Shown in pieces: positions 47,287-56,387 of a stretch of DNA of 64,000 nucleotides. Made by a program: the position numbers and the translations under genes. Origin of the DNA: Candidatus Hydrogenedentota bacterium (GTDB lineage: Bacteria; Hydrogenedentota; Hydrogenedentia; Hydrogenedentales; SLHB01); assembly GCA_963668025.2 (NCBI GenBank), contig CAXXTH010000023.1:192001-256000 (forward strand), written 5' to 3'. The number at the start of each line of letters is the position of its first letter. Within the stretch, counting starts at the first letter, position 1. Under the pieces are notes generated by a model. The model ran no database searches, was not told the origin of the DNA, and saw nothing but the letters and a program-made list of their open reading frames with translations.

Positions 47287-49203
47287 ATGGCACAAGAAGC
47301 AGCCGTACAAAACCGTCTGAACGCGAACGGCGAGGTGCTGGTAAGGCGCCGGGGGTGGGGACGCCGACTTTTCGCTTTTCTTGGCCCTGCTTATCTCGTC
47401 AGCGTGGGTTATATGGACCCCGGCAACTGGGCAACGGACATCGAAGGCGGAGCGCGTTTCGGCTACACCCTGATCTGGGTGTTGCTGATGTCCAACCTCA
47501 TGGCCGTGCTCCTGCAAACCCTTTCGGCGCGCTTCGGCATCGTGACAGGGCTCGATTTGGCGCAGGGCTGCCGCAGGGAGTACCCTAAACCGCTGGCGTT
47601 GTTCCTCTGGGTGCTCGCGGAAGTGGCCATCGCCGCCACGGATCTCGCTGAGGCGCTCGGCACTATCATCGGCCTAAACCTGCTCTTCGGCCTTCCGCTA
47701 TTGTGGGGATGCGCCATAACAGCCTTCGACACTTTTCTGCTCCTTGCCATGCAGCGGTTCGGCGTGCGCAAGATCGAGGCTATGATTCTTGTGATGGTGG
47801 CCACTATTGGCGGGTGTTTCCTCATCGAGGTGTTCCTGGCGAAGCCCGATTGGGGCGGTATCGCGGGCGGATTCGTGCCGAAGCTGGACCCCTCCGCCGT
47901 GTATATCGTCATCGGCATCATCGGCGCCACCGTGATGCCCCATAACCTCTATCTGCACTCCTCCCTCGTACAGTCGCGCGCCGTATCGAACACGGTGACC
48001 GGGAAATCCGAAGCCTGCCGCTTCAATTTCCTCGATTCAGCCGTGGCGCTCAATGCCGCCTTTTTCGTGAATGCGGCCATCTACATCATGGCCGCCGCCA
48101 ATTTTCATAGCCGGGGCATTCAGGTCACCGAAATTCAGCAAGCCCACGAATTGCTGCAGAATCTCTTGGGCCACACCATCGCGCCCATCGCTTTCGCGGT
48201 GGCCTTGATCGCGGCGGGGCAAAGCTCGACCATCACAGGCACCATCTCCGGCCAAGTGGTCATGGAGGGATTCCTGAACATGCGCATGCGGCCCTGGCTG
48301 CGGCGCGTCATTACGCGCATGATCGCGCTCGCACCCGCCGTCGTGGTCATTGCACTTGCGGGCGACAAAGGCACCTACCAATTGCTCATTCTCTCGCAAG
48401 TGGTGCTGAGCCTCCAGCTCCCCTTCGCGACGATTCCCCTGATCCACTTCACTTCCGACAAAACGAAAATGGGATCGTTCGTGAATCCGTTATGGGTGAA
48501 AGTCCTCGCGTGGCTCACGACGATCATCATTGTAGTGCTGAATTTGAAGCTTGTTTATGACGAATTGGGCGGCTGGCTGGGCGGCGGCCCGTGGTGGTTG
48601 TGGCTCATCGCGGCGCCTCTTTTGGTGCTGGTGCTGTGCGTGCTGGCCTATATCACTTTTGCCCCCTTGTTCCGGCGCGGCGACGCCGCATGGGAAAGCG
48701 GCATGGTGACGGCAAGCCGTTCGGTAGCGGAACGGATCAAGCCCATATCCATCAAGATGATTGGCGTGGCGATCGAGCATACCGAGGGCGACGCGGAAAT
48801 TGTGTCGGCGGCCGTGAGCATGGCCCGCACCCACAAGGCGCGCCTGACGCTTCTGCATATCGTCGAGACGCCGGGAACCATGGTGTATGGCCCAGAAAGC
48901 GCCAGTTTACATGGGCAGGAGGATAAGGCCTACATCGAAGAGCTGGCCAGGGAAATCGAAGAACGGGATCTGCCCGTTGAAGTGGAGCTGCGATACGGCA
49001 AACCTGTCGAACAAATCGTTCTCGCTACACGGGAAGGAGGCTTTGACATGCTCATTCTGGGCTCTCATGGCCATCGTGGCCTAGGCGACTTGGTCTATGG
49101 CGCCACGGTCGATAGCGTGCGTCATGCCGTCGACGTCCCCGTCATGGTCATCCGCACACACGGTATCGAACGCGCCCAGCGCAACACCCTTGATTCCGCT
49201 TGA
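47287..49203 (+). CDS. mntH: Nramp family divalent metal transporter with C-terminal universal stress protein domain
   Basis: GYMDPGNWATD, GATVMPHNLYLHS, QSSTITGT..GQVVMEGF. USP motif ILGSHGHRG..DLVYGAT. Confidence 0.95.
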   Translation: MAQEAAVQNRLNANGEVLVRRRGWGRRLFAFLGPAYLVSVGYMDPGNWATDIEGGARFGYTLIWVLLMSNLMAVLLQTLSARFGIVTGLDLAQGCRREYPKPLALFLWVLAEVAIAATDLAEALGTIIGLNLLFGLPLLWGCAITAFDTFLLLAMQRFGVRKIEAMILVMVATIGGCFLIEVFLAKPDWGGIAGGFVPKLDPSAVYIVIGIIGATVMPHNLYLHSSLVQSRAVSNTVTGKSEACRFNFLDSAVALNAAFFVNAAIYIMAAANFHSRGIQVTEIQQAHELLQNLLGHTIAPIAFAVALIAAGQSSTITGTISGQVVMEGFLNMRMRPWLRRVITRMIALAPAVVVIALAGDKGTYQLLILSQVVLSLQLPFATIPLIHFTSDKTKMGSFVNPLWVKVLAWLTTIIIVVLNLKLVYDELGGWLGGGPWWLWLIAAPLLVLVLCVLAYITFAPLFRRGDAAWESGMVTASRSVAERIKPISIKMIGVAIEHTEGDAEIVSAAVSMARTHKARLTLLHIVETPGTMVYGPESASLHGQEDKAYIEELAREIEERDLPVEVELRYGKPVEQIVLATREGGFDMLILGSHGHRGLGDLVYGATVDSVRHAVDVPVMVIRTHGIERAQRNTLDSA

Positions 49204-49523
49204 AGCAGTTGCTGTGGGGTGTTCGAGGCCTATGTATCAATTCACTCAATCCCAAATCATCGAATAGGCCCAGCCACGTACGCATACACACTACGGCGGC
49301 CGCCCTGGTAAAATTCGTCACTGTCGCGTCCGTTTCGCCAAGCTTTACTGAAACCGTTTCTTGCCATATTATTGGATTCACCTCGTTGGTGAGTTGCAAA
49401 TTTGGTTTGCACTCCATTTGTACCCAATGGAAACAATAAGATTCCGCCAGCGAGTTTTTTATCCCCTGGCCCAGTGGCCCAGGAGTGGTTTGGCCCAGTG
49501 GGGTGTGCGTCCCAATTGTGCTT

Positions 49524-50837
49524 TCATGCGGCATCTTTCCTAGCTCTGTCGGCCCAGAAGTCTTCGAAGTCTCTGTTCAAGAAGGCGCATCGTAGCGTAA
49601 TGATCTTGTTTGCACCGTTGACCGTCCATCTCATTCCGGACTGCTTGAGCCGTTTTCCTACAACATTTTTGCAGCCGGCCTCTATGACGCCGGAGCCGAC
49701 GAACAGTTTTTGTTCCCGGAATTCGGCATAGCGCATCATGTGGGCGCGGCTGCCCAGATACAGAAAATGTTCCCAGGCCGCCTTGCCGTCATCGTCGTGG
49801 CTGGGCATGTGTGGCCGCAGTAGCTCCAGGGCCTGCGCGGCCTCTCCCTGCCGCACGAGTTCGCTGAGGCTTTGGCGCATCCGCATCCCCAGCTCAGTGG
49901 TCTTCCCAAAGAGCAGCGCGCACAACAGCGCCAGGTGTTCCAGTGCGTGATACAGGTCGAGGATGTGAACGGCCCCGGGGAAGTAGTCGGCGGCGATGTT
50001 CGCTATCCATTGCGCGCCGTCGGAAAGGACCACCACCTTTTGCGCGCGTTCCAGTCCACGGCGCTGGGCTTCGGCGAAGATGCGGCCTGCAAAGGCTTCG
50101 GCGTTTTCCACGGCGCCGGAAAAGGTGGTGCTGCCGGGGTCGCGCACCGGCTCCCCCTTCTCGTCCGTGCTGGTTTGTGTGAAGACGCATCCGATTTTGG
50201 CCTCACGGGTTTTGGCGGATCCGTCTTGCGCCTTTCCCTTGCGCCCGTCCGTTTCGGACTTGACGACGGGAACCCCCGTGCCGTCCATTTCGATGTACAG
50301 GACGGGAATCTCATCGCCGGTGCTGGGCTGCGCGGGGTTTGACGGATGCCCGCGCCGCTGCTTTTCCCACGCGGCCACGTCCGCTCCCGTCTGCTCGCTG
50401 GACCGCTCGCAGTCCTTGGCGCTCACGCTGATGCCCGCCAGTTCTTTTAGATCCCCGGCGGCGTCCGCGAAGCTTTCCCGCGCGCCAAGGCGCGCCGTCA
50501 TTCGCCTGACGCCGGGCGAACGCGAAGTGCCCGCGACATCCAGCAGTTCGTCCGCTGGATAGGCGGTGGCCCCGCATGGGCAGCGGTACATCGCGCGCTC
50601 CTGCGTGACGTTCCCCAGAATGGTCGTGATGCGCCTGGCCCGCATGCCCGCGCGGCGCATGGGATGGCCGCACAGCGGGCACGCATGCTCCTGGCCCTGG
50701 ACAATGGCGTTTGCCTTGTCGAACAGGACGGCCAGCGTCTTTCCCGCGCCTTCCAGGGCGGCGGTGCGGATGAGTTTCTCCGTTGCTTCAAAGTCCACGC
50801 CGCGGTCCCGGCGGACTAGCGCCAGCGCCCGCGACAT
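49524..50837 (-). CDS. ISKra4/UPF0236 family transposase
   Basis: CPLCG...YRCPCG, YIEMDGTG, LSDGAQWI, LDLYHALEHL, VGSGVIEAGCKNVVGKRLKQSGMRW. Confidence 0.92.
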   Translation of the reverse strand: MSRALALVRRDRGVDFEATEKLIRTAALEGAGKTLAVLFDKANAIVQGQEHACPLCGHPMRRAGMRARRITTILGNVTQERAMYRCPCGATAYPADELLDVAGTSRSPGVRRMTARLGARESFADAAGDLKELAGISVSAKDCERSSEQTGADVAAWEKQRRGHPSNPAQPSTGDEIPVLYIEMDGTGVPVVKSETDGRKGKAQDGSAKTREAKIGCVFTQTSTDEKGEPVRDPGSTTFSGAVENAEAFAGRIFAEAQRRGLERAQKVVVLSDGAQWIANIAADYFPGAVHILDLYHALEHLALLCALLFGKTTELGMRMRQSLSELVRQGEAAQALELLRPHMPSHDDDGKAAWEHFLYLGSRAHMMRYAEFREQKLFVGSGVIEAGCKNVVGKRLKQSGMRWTVNGANKIITLRCAFLNRDFEDFWADRARKDAA

Positions 50838-50860
50838 TTCCGCGGACCTTTCCAGTTCGA

Positions 50861-51211
50861 CTAGAGCCCTTTTTTTTGCCGCTCGTGGGCGGCCTCCTTG
50901 TCGCGCTCAAGCTCTCCGAGCTGTTGTGTCAGCTCGCAAAAGCGTTCGGCGAGTTCGTGAATACGCTTGCTGTTGTCCGTCTGTTCACGGGCGCGCCGCA
51001 CGTCCTCGGGACTTCGCAGCCGCTGCCGCCGGGGCTTTCCCTGCTCGTACCACTGCAGGGAGTAATAAGGTCCCCGTTCCACGGCCTCCGGCATGTCCTT
51101 GCGTGTGCCCTTGACCATTTGCTCCGACACGCCGCCCGGGTGGGCGCTTCGAATGGCGCGCATCTGCCCCAAAATACATTCCCGTTGCGCTTCAATCGTC
51201 TCAATGTTCAT
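50861..51211 (-). CDS. IS accessory ORF upstream of the transposase (DUF6788-like)
   Basis: GPYYSLQW..QGK motif, GGAGG ribosome-binding site, ends in an A8 run. Lies inside the IS ends. Confidence 0.75.
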   Translation of the reverse strand: MNIETIEAQRECILGQMRAIRSAHPGGVSEQMVKGTRKDMPEAVERGPYYSLQWYEQGKPRRQRLRSPEDVRRAREQTDNSKRIHELAERFCELTQQLGELERDKEAAHERQKKGL

Positions 51212-51314
51212 GGCGGCCTCCATTTGTGTCTATACAGACACAAAATTATACCGCAAAAAACATCTGGACGCAACGAAACACAATCATGGCGCACACCCGG
51301 CCCAGTGGTTTGAT

Positions 51315-51344
51315 TTGACTTGTCTTGCAGGCATGCGCTAACAT
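51315..51344 (+). promoter_or_regulatory. Putative sigma70 promoter of rpsD
   Basis: TTGACT-18 bp-TAACAT. Confidence 0.6.
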
Positions 51345-51460
51345 TCAGTGCTTGTTGGCCGCAAGCCTATTTATCAGCCTCTCATAATTGTCCTTGCAAG
51401 AACAGAAATATAAGTTGGCTCCGGGGTATATGCCCCCATAGGAAGGAAAGAATCAAGCGC

Positions 51461-52069
51461 ATGGCCAGGTACATTGGACCTCGACACAAATTGTGCCGCC
51501 GTTTGGGCAGTTGCATTTGGGGCAGCCCGAAATGCCCCTCGAATAAACGGCCGTATCCCACGGGCCAGCATGGCCCGACGCTTCGCCGTAAAATGTCGGT
51601 GTATGGGCAGCAACTGCTCGACAAGCAGAAGATTCGCACGCATTACGGGCTCATGGAGCGCCAAATGCGCCGAACCTATGAAAAGGCTCAGCGCATGGGC
51701 GGCGTCACTGGTACGAACTTGCTCATGCTGCTCGAATCGCGCCTCGATACAATTATATACCGCCTCGGTTTCGCGGCAACCATGCCCGCGGCCCGGCAGA
51801 TCGTAAGCCATGGGCATATCCTCGTGGACGGGAAAAAATGCAACGTGCCGTCTTTACAAGTGAAGCCAGGCATGAGCATCAGCGTTCGCGAGAAAAGCCG
51901 CAAGGTGCCCATGATCGCGGAAGGCGCTGAGAATCCGCCAGCCGCGCTGCCGGAATATCTTGAGCGCGCCCCCCGTTCGTTCGAAGGCCGTATGACCGCC
52001 ACCCCGAATAGCGAAACGATCCCCTTCAAGGCGGATACGGCGGGCGTCATCGGTTTCTATTCACGGTAA
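51461..52069 (+). CDS. rpsD: 30S ribosomal protein S4
   Basis: MARYIGPRHKLCRR, GQHG, YGQQLLDKQK, LESRLD..IYRLGFA, ARQIVSHGHI, ends FYSR. Confidence 0.98.
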   Translation: MARYIGPRHKLCRRLGSCIWGSPKCPSNKRPYPTGQHGPTLRRKMSVYGQQLLDKQKIRTHYGLMERQMRRTYEKAQRMGGVTGTNLLMLLESRLDTIIYRLGFAATMPAARQIVSHGHILVDGKKCNVPSLQVKPGMSISVREKSRKVPMIAEGAENPPAALPEYLERAPRSFEGRMTATPNSETIPFKADTAGVIGFYSR

Positions 52070-52084
52070 GCTAAGTTGCTCTGA

Positions 52085-52126
52085 AAGGGAGGAGCCTTCG
52101 GATGAAGGGGCTCCTCCTTTTTTATT
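52085..52126 (+). terminator. Intrinsic terminator after rpsD
   Basis: ggaggagcc...ggctcctcc hairpin followed by TTTTTT. Confidence 0.85.
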
Positions 52127-52160
52127 GCTTACTGCCCGGTTCTGCTTGTAATGCCATGTC

Positions 52161-52181
52161 GTGGCATGGGTTCCGCCCATG
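52161..52181 (+). repeat. Degenerate REP family 2 copy
   Basis: gtggcatgggttccgcccatg. Confidence 0.6.
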
Positions 52182-52318
52182 TATTTGAATCCAAAGTATC
52201 CTGTGAAAAGCTGGAAGGGCGCTTACAACGCGCCTCTATAAAAATGGCGCTTAAGCAGCGCTGGCCTTTTCATACGTGGGCAAACCTTGTATGATACGCA
52301 GGTGCGTGCTGTTCATGG

Positions 52319-53656
52319 TTGTCTCAATGCGAGGTTTCGGTTCCCGTGGTGAAAATACTGCTGCTTGACGCCTATTCCGCCGCCCATATGGGCAACACGG
52401 CTTTGCTGGATAGCAGCATGGACAACTTGAAAGCGGCTGTTCCCGAGGCCCAGTTCGCCGCTCTCGCCAAAGCGCCGGAATCCTATGCCGCGTTCACGGA
52501 TTGCGCCTGTTATACTGATCTTTTTCCCGGCCTGTTCGCTCCGGAGCGGCGGCGGGGATGGCGGCTGATTCCCTGGCTTGCCGTGAACGGCCTGTGGGCG
52601 ATGGCGAATATCGTGAATCTGGGCGTTTTGCGGCGTGTGGGCGTAAGCATCAGCCCCCTTGCATATACTTTCAATCCCGCACGCAGGCGCGCTGTCCAGG
52701 CCTTGCTCGACGCCGGCATGGTGATCACCATCAGCGGCGAAATGCTGAACGAGGTATTCCGCAAACTGCTCCCGTTCATTCTATGCACGTATTGGATCGC
52801 CCAGCGCCTCGGCAAGCCGATGATAGTTTTTCCCCAAAGCATTGGCCCCTTCACCATTCCATGGCTCACCCGATTAACCAGCGCGGTCTTGCGCGGATGT
52901 GATCTGGTGATGGCTCGAGATGAGCCCTCGTTCGCCGAGGCCCGGCGCTTGGGCGTGCCCGCCGAACGGCTGCATTTCGTGCCGGATGTGGCGATACGGC
53001 AGCCCATGGCCTCGCCAGCAAGAGCGGCGGCGCTGCTGGCCGAAGCGGGCGTGGATGTGCATGCGCGTCCATTGATTGGGCTTACGGTCTCCGATTTCCT
53101 CGACTCGTCCGCTTCCGCAGGCGAGCGGCCCTATCTCGATGCCCTCGCGCGCTTGTGCGAATACCTGGCGGGCGAACGCGGCGTGCAATTGGTGTTTTTA
53201 ACCGCCAACCGCGCCCTATATGGCGAAGAGCAGGACGATGCGCCCGTGGCGGAACGCCTATACAACATCTTGAGTGAAGAAGCCCGAGTCCGTGTTGTAC
53301 GGACGCAGCGCTTGTACAGCGCACGGGAGTTCAAGGCCATGGCGGCGCATTTGGATGTGTTTATCACGACGCGCATGCATGCGGGGATCATGGCCACCAT
53401 GGCGGGCGCGCCCACCATCGCATTGGGCACGCAACGCAAACTCGAAGGCTATATGGCCCTCATCGGACAGGCGGAATACGCCGTGCCGGTGAAGGAAGCC
53501 ACCTACGAGCGGCTGCGTGCGCTCGTGGAGCAGGCGCTCTCCGATGGCCCATCGATTCGCACCCGTTTAGCGGCGGCCCGCTCGGAACTCGAACCGCGCT
53601 CCCTGGAAGCGGGAAGGCTTGTGCGGGCGTTGTGGAACAGCAGGGGGAGCGTATGA
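52319..53656 (+). CDS. Polysaccharide pyruvyl transferase family protein (WcaK-like)
   Basis: PQSIGPF, MARDEPS, VPDVA, TTRMHAGI. True start may be a GTG near 52346-52349. Confidence 0.88.
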   Translation: MSQCEVSVPVVKILLLDAYSAAHMGNTALLDSSMDNLKAAVPEAQFAALAKAPESYAAFTDCACYTDLFPGLFAPERRRGWRLIPWLAVNGLWAMANIVNLGVLRRVGVSISPLAYTFNPARRRAVQALLDAGMVITISGEMLNEVFRKLLPFILCTYWIAQRLGKPMIVFPQSIGPFTIPWLTRLTSAVLRGCDLVMARDEPSFAEARRLGVPAERLHFVPDVAIRQPMASPARAAALLAEAGVDVHARPLIGLTVSDFLDSSASAGERPYLDALARLCEYLAGERGVQLVFLTANRALYGEEQDDAPVAERLYNILSEEARVRVVRTQRLYSAREFKAMAAHLDVFITTRMHAGIMATMAGAPTIALGTQRKLEGYMALIGQAEYAVPVKEATYERLRALVEQALSDGPSIRTRLAAARSELEPRSLEAGRLVRALWNSRGSV

Positions 53657-55059
53657 GCGCGCGGCAACACCTGTTTGATACGGTCGTGCATGGCGGCTAT
53701 TGCATCGGCTGCGGCGCATGTGCGTCTCTGCCCCATTCAGGCGTTTCGATGCGTTTCGACGCCTATGGGCGTTATCAAGCCGAGGATGTTTCCGGTGAAC
53801 TGGCTTCGGATGCCCCTGTCGAGGCGGTATGCCCCTTCGCGGAGGGCAATCCCGATGAAGATATTTTGGCCCGCGAGCGGTTTGGCGATTCCCTAACGAG
53901 CCATCCGCGCATCGGCGGTTATTTCGCCACGTACGCCGGGTATGTGGCGGAGGGCGAATACCGCGCGCGAGGCAGTTCGGGCGGACTCGGCACGTGGCTT
54001 CTCGCGGAGATGCTCGAGCAAGGCCTTGTGGATGCAGCCGTCCATGTGCGGGGCCGGGAGGCGTCGCCGGGCGAGCCCCGGCTCTTCGAGTATGGCATCG
54101 CCACCACGCCCAGCGAAGTGCGCGCCGGGGCCAAATCGCGCTATTACCCCGTCGAGATGTCCCAGGCGCTCAAGCTGGTGCGCGAACGGCCCGGACGCTA
54201 CGTGGTGATAGGCGCGCCGTGTTTCATCAAGGCTGTGCGGCTGCTGGCGCGGCAAGACCCGCTGCTCGCGGAGCGCGTCGCGTACTGCATATCATTATTT
54301 TGCGGCCATCTTAAAAGCGCCCGGTACGCCGACATGCTGGCGTGGCAATGCGGCATCCGCCCCGGCGAACTGCGCGGGGTGGACTTCCGCCGAAAAACGC
54401 CTGGCATTCGGGCCGACCAGTACGCGTTGTCCTTCACCGGTCTTGCGGATGGCCGGCTCGTGACGGAAGAACGTTCCGCCCGCCAGCTCTACGGCACCGA
54501 CTGGGGCTTGGGTTTCTTCAAGTATAAGGCATGTGACTTCTGCGATGACGTGGTGGGCGAAACCGCCGACGCCTCGGTGGGCGATGCTTGGCTGCCGCAA
54601 TATGTGCAAGACTCCGCTGGAACCAACGCCCTTATCGTGCGCCATGCGGCGCTCCATGCAATGATCGAGCGCGCCGCACATGAAGGCCGCCTGCATATCG
54701 AGGCCATTCCAGCGGATGACGTGGCCCGCTCGCAGTCGGCGGGCCTATACCACCGCCGTGAAGCCTTGGCGTACCGGTTGCACCTCATGGCGGAAGCCGG
54801 CAAATGGCGGCCCTTCAAGCGTGTCCAGCCCCAGGCTATGGGCCTGTCTTCGCGTGAACAGCGCAAACACGCCCTGCGCCTGGCCATCGCCGAAGAGAGC
54901 CACCGCGCATTCCAGCATGCTCGCGAAGCGGGTGATTTCCGCGTGTTCCAGGAGGCCATGAAGCCTATCGTGCGCCGCTACCGCGCCGTGGCGCAGCCGC
55001 TATGGAAACGCCTGGCGTTGCGGCTGCGCGCGCTGTTGCGCGGGAGAATGCCCCGGTGA
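53653..55059 (+). CDS. Coenzyme F420 hydrogenase/dehydrogenase beta-subunit (FrhB-like) Fe-S protein
   Basis: CIGCGAC...VCP ferredoxin motif, GSSGG, AKSRY, IGAPC, LFCGH, ACDFCDD...ADASVGDAW. Confidence 0.9.
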   Translation: MSARQHLFDTVVHGGYCIGCGACASLPHSGVSMRFDAYGRYQAEDVSGELASDAPVEAVCPFAEGNPDEDILARERFGDSLTSHPRIGGYFATYAGYVAEGEYRARGSSGGLGTWLLAEMLEQGLVDAAVHVRGREASPGEPRLFEYGIATTPSEVRAGAKSRYYPVEMSQALKLVRERPGRYVVIGAPCFIKAVRLLARQDPLLAERVAYCISLFCGHLKSARYADMLAWQCGIRPGELRGVDFRRKTPGIRADQYALSFTGLADGRLVTEERSARQLYGTDWGLGFFKYKACDFCDDVVGETADASVGDAWLPQYVQDSAGTNALIVRHAALHAMIERAAHEGRLHIEAIPADDVARSQSAGLYHRREALAYRLHLMAEAGKWRPFKRVQPQAMGLSSREQRKHALRLAIAEESHRAFQHAREAGDFRVFQEAMKPIVRRYRAVAQPLWKRLALRLRALLRGRMPR

Positions 55060-56315
55060 AAGTCCTCGTCATCAATAAATTCTACCGGCCTGGTGGCGGC
55101 TCGGAACGCTATATGTTCGACGCCATCCGTGATCTCGAGCGCCACGGGCACACGGTCATTCCCTTCACGATGCAGGAAGAGGACACCCTGCCGTCGCCGT
55201 ATAGCCCCTATTTCGTGAGCGGCATTTCCTACCGCAACCACTCGATCATGTATAAACTCGCGAACATCCCGCGCATTGTGGGGAAGACCGTGTATTCCTT
55301 CGAAACGCGGCGTAAACTCGAGGCCCTGCTGCGCGACACCCGGCCCGACATCGCGCATGTCCACATGGTCTTCCACCAGTTGTCGCCCTCGGTGTTCCAC
55401 AGCCTGCGCAAGTTTCGCGTGCCCACGGTGCAGACGCTCCATAATTACAAGCTCGTGTGCCCCGCAACCGACCTGTACATCAGCCATAAATCCGAATTGT
55501 GCGAGCGATGCCTGGGCGGCCAGTACTACCAATGCGCCCGCCACCGGTGCATTAAGGGCTCGCGTTTTGCGAGCTATCTTGCCGCAGCCGCCCAATATTT
55601 CCATAAGGCCATCGGCATCTACGAACGCAACGTGGACCGCTTCCTCGTCTCGACGCATTTTTTTCGGGATAAACTTATTGAAGGCGGCATGCCCGCCGAA
55701 AAGCTGCATCTGATGCCGCTGACCCTCGATATCGAGCAATACGAGCCCCAATATGAGCCGGGCGATTATTTTCTTTGCTATGGCCGGATGGTTCGCCAAA
55801 AGGGCATCCACACCCTGATCGAAGCGGCGGCGAAACGGCCCGGCTATCGCGTGGTCATCGCGGGCGACGGCGAAGAGCGCGCCGCGCTGGAGGCCCAGGC
55901 GTGCGCTGCAGGCGTGAAGAATGTGGAATTCACCGGCTTTCTCACCGGCAAGGCGCTTAGCGGACTGGTGCGGGGCGCGCGTTGCGTCGTTGCGCCATCG
56001 GAATGGTACGAGACCTGCGGCCTCGTCATTTATGAAGCCTACGCCATGGGCAAGCCCGTCATCGCATCGGATATGGGCGCTATCCCCGAGGCCGTCGAGG
56101 AAGGCCGCACGGGCGTGCTGTTTCCCGCCGGAGACGCGGAAGCCCTCGCGGTGAAGATGGATTCATTTCAAAACGGGAAAATGGATATCCCCGCCATGGG
56201 CCGCGCCGGAAGGGCGAAAGCCGAGGCCTTATGCGCCGGACACTATGACCGGCTCATGGCCGTCTTCGACGAAGTGATGCAATCGAACGCGCGAAGCGCA
56301 CCTAAAAGTTTCTAG
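55056..56315 (+). CDS. Glycosyltransferase family 4
   Basis: GGGSERY, TLHNYKLVCP, PSEWYETCGLVIYEAYAMGKPVI. GTGA overlap start. Confidence 0.93.
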   Translation: MKVLVINKFYRPGGGSERYMFDAIRDLERHGHTVIPFTMQEEDTLPSPYSPYFVSGISYRNHSIMYKLANIPRIVGKTVYSFETRRKLEALLRDTRPDIAHVHMVFHQLSPSVFHSLRKFRVPTVQTLHNYKLVCPATDLYISHKSELCERCLGGQYYQCARHRCIKGSRFASYLAAAAQYFHKAIGIYERNVDRFLVSTHFFRDKLIEGGMPAEKLHLMPLTLDIEQYEPQYEPGDYFLCYGRMVRQKGIHTLIEAAAKRPGYRVVIAGDGEERAALEAQACAAGVKNVEFTGFLTGKALSGLVRGARCVVAPSEWYETCGLVIYEAYAMGKPVIASDMGAIPEAVEEGRTGVLFPAGDAEALAVKMDSFQNGKMDIPAMGRAGRAKAEALCAGHYDRLMAVFDEVMQSNARSAPKSF

Positions 56316-56324
56316 GAAAGGGGT

Positions 56325-56362
56325 CTGGGGGAAACCCTCTTTTCAAAGAGGGTTTCCCCCAG
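56325..56362. repeat. Long perfect intergenic hairpin
   Basis: ctgggggaaaccctcttt-tc-aaagagggtttcccccag (18-bp arms) with no U tract. Confidence 0.8.
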
Positions 56363-56387
56363 CAGGCAAACCACGAAAGGCATACGC

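Larger units (their letters stand above)
49501..51298 (-). mobile_element. ISKra4-like (Mutator-type, UPF0236) insertion sequence, complete
   Basis: Imperfect IRs GGGTGTGCGtcccaATTGTG and GGGTGTGCGccatgATTGTG. 9-bp target duplication GGCCCAGTG (49492-49500 and 51299-51307). Confidence 0.9.

Noticed and set aside
47287-49203. Nramp-USP fusion as a novelty
   Set aside because: This architecture is already known in several bacterial phyla.
49148-49534. ORFs in the AT-rich gap between mntH and the ISKra4-like element
   Set aside because: No recognisable motif or ribosome-binding site, and they overlap mntH or the IS end. Possibly a decayed remnant but not supportable.
52203-52272. Weak inverted repeat tgaaaagc...gccttttca after rpsD
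   Set aside because: Short, gapped match without target duplication; could be chance.
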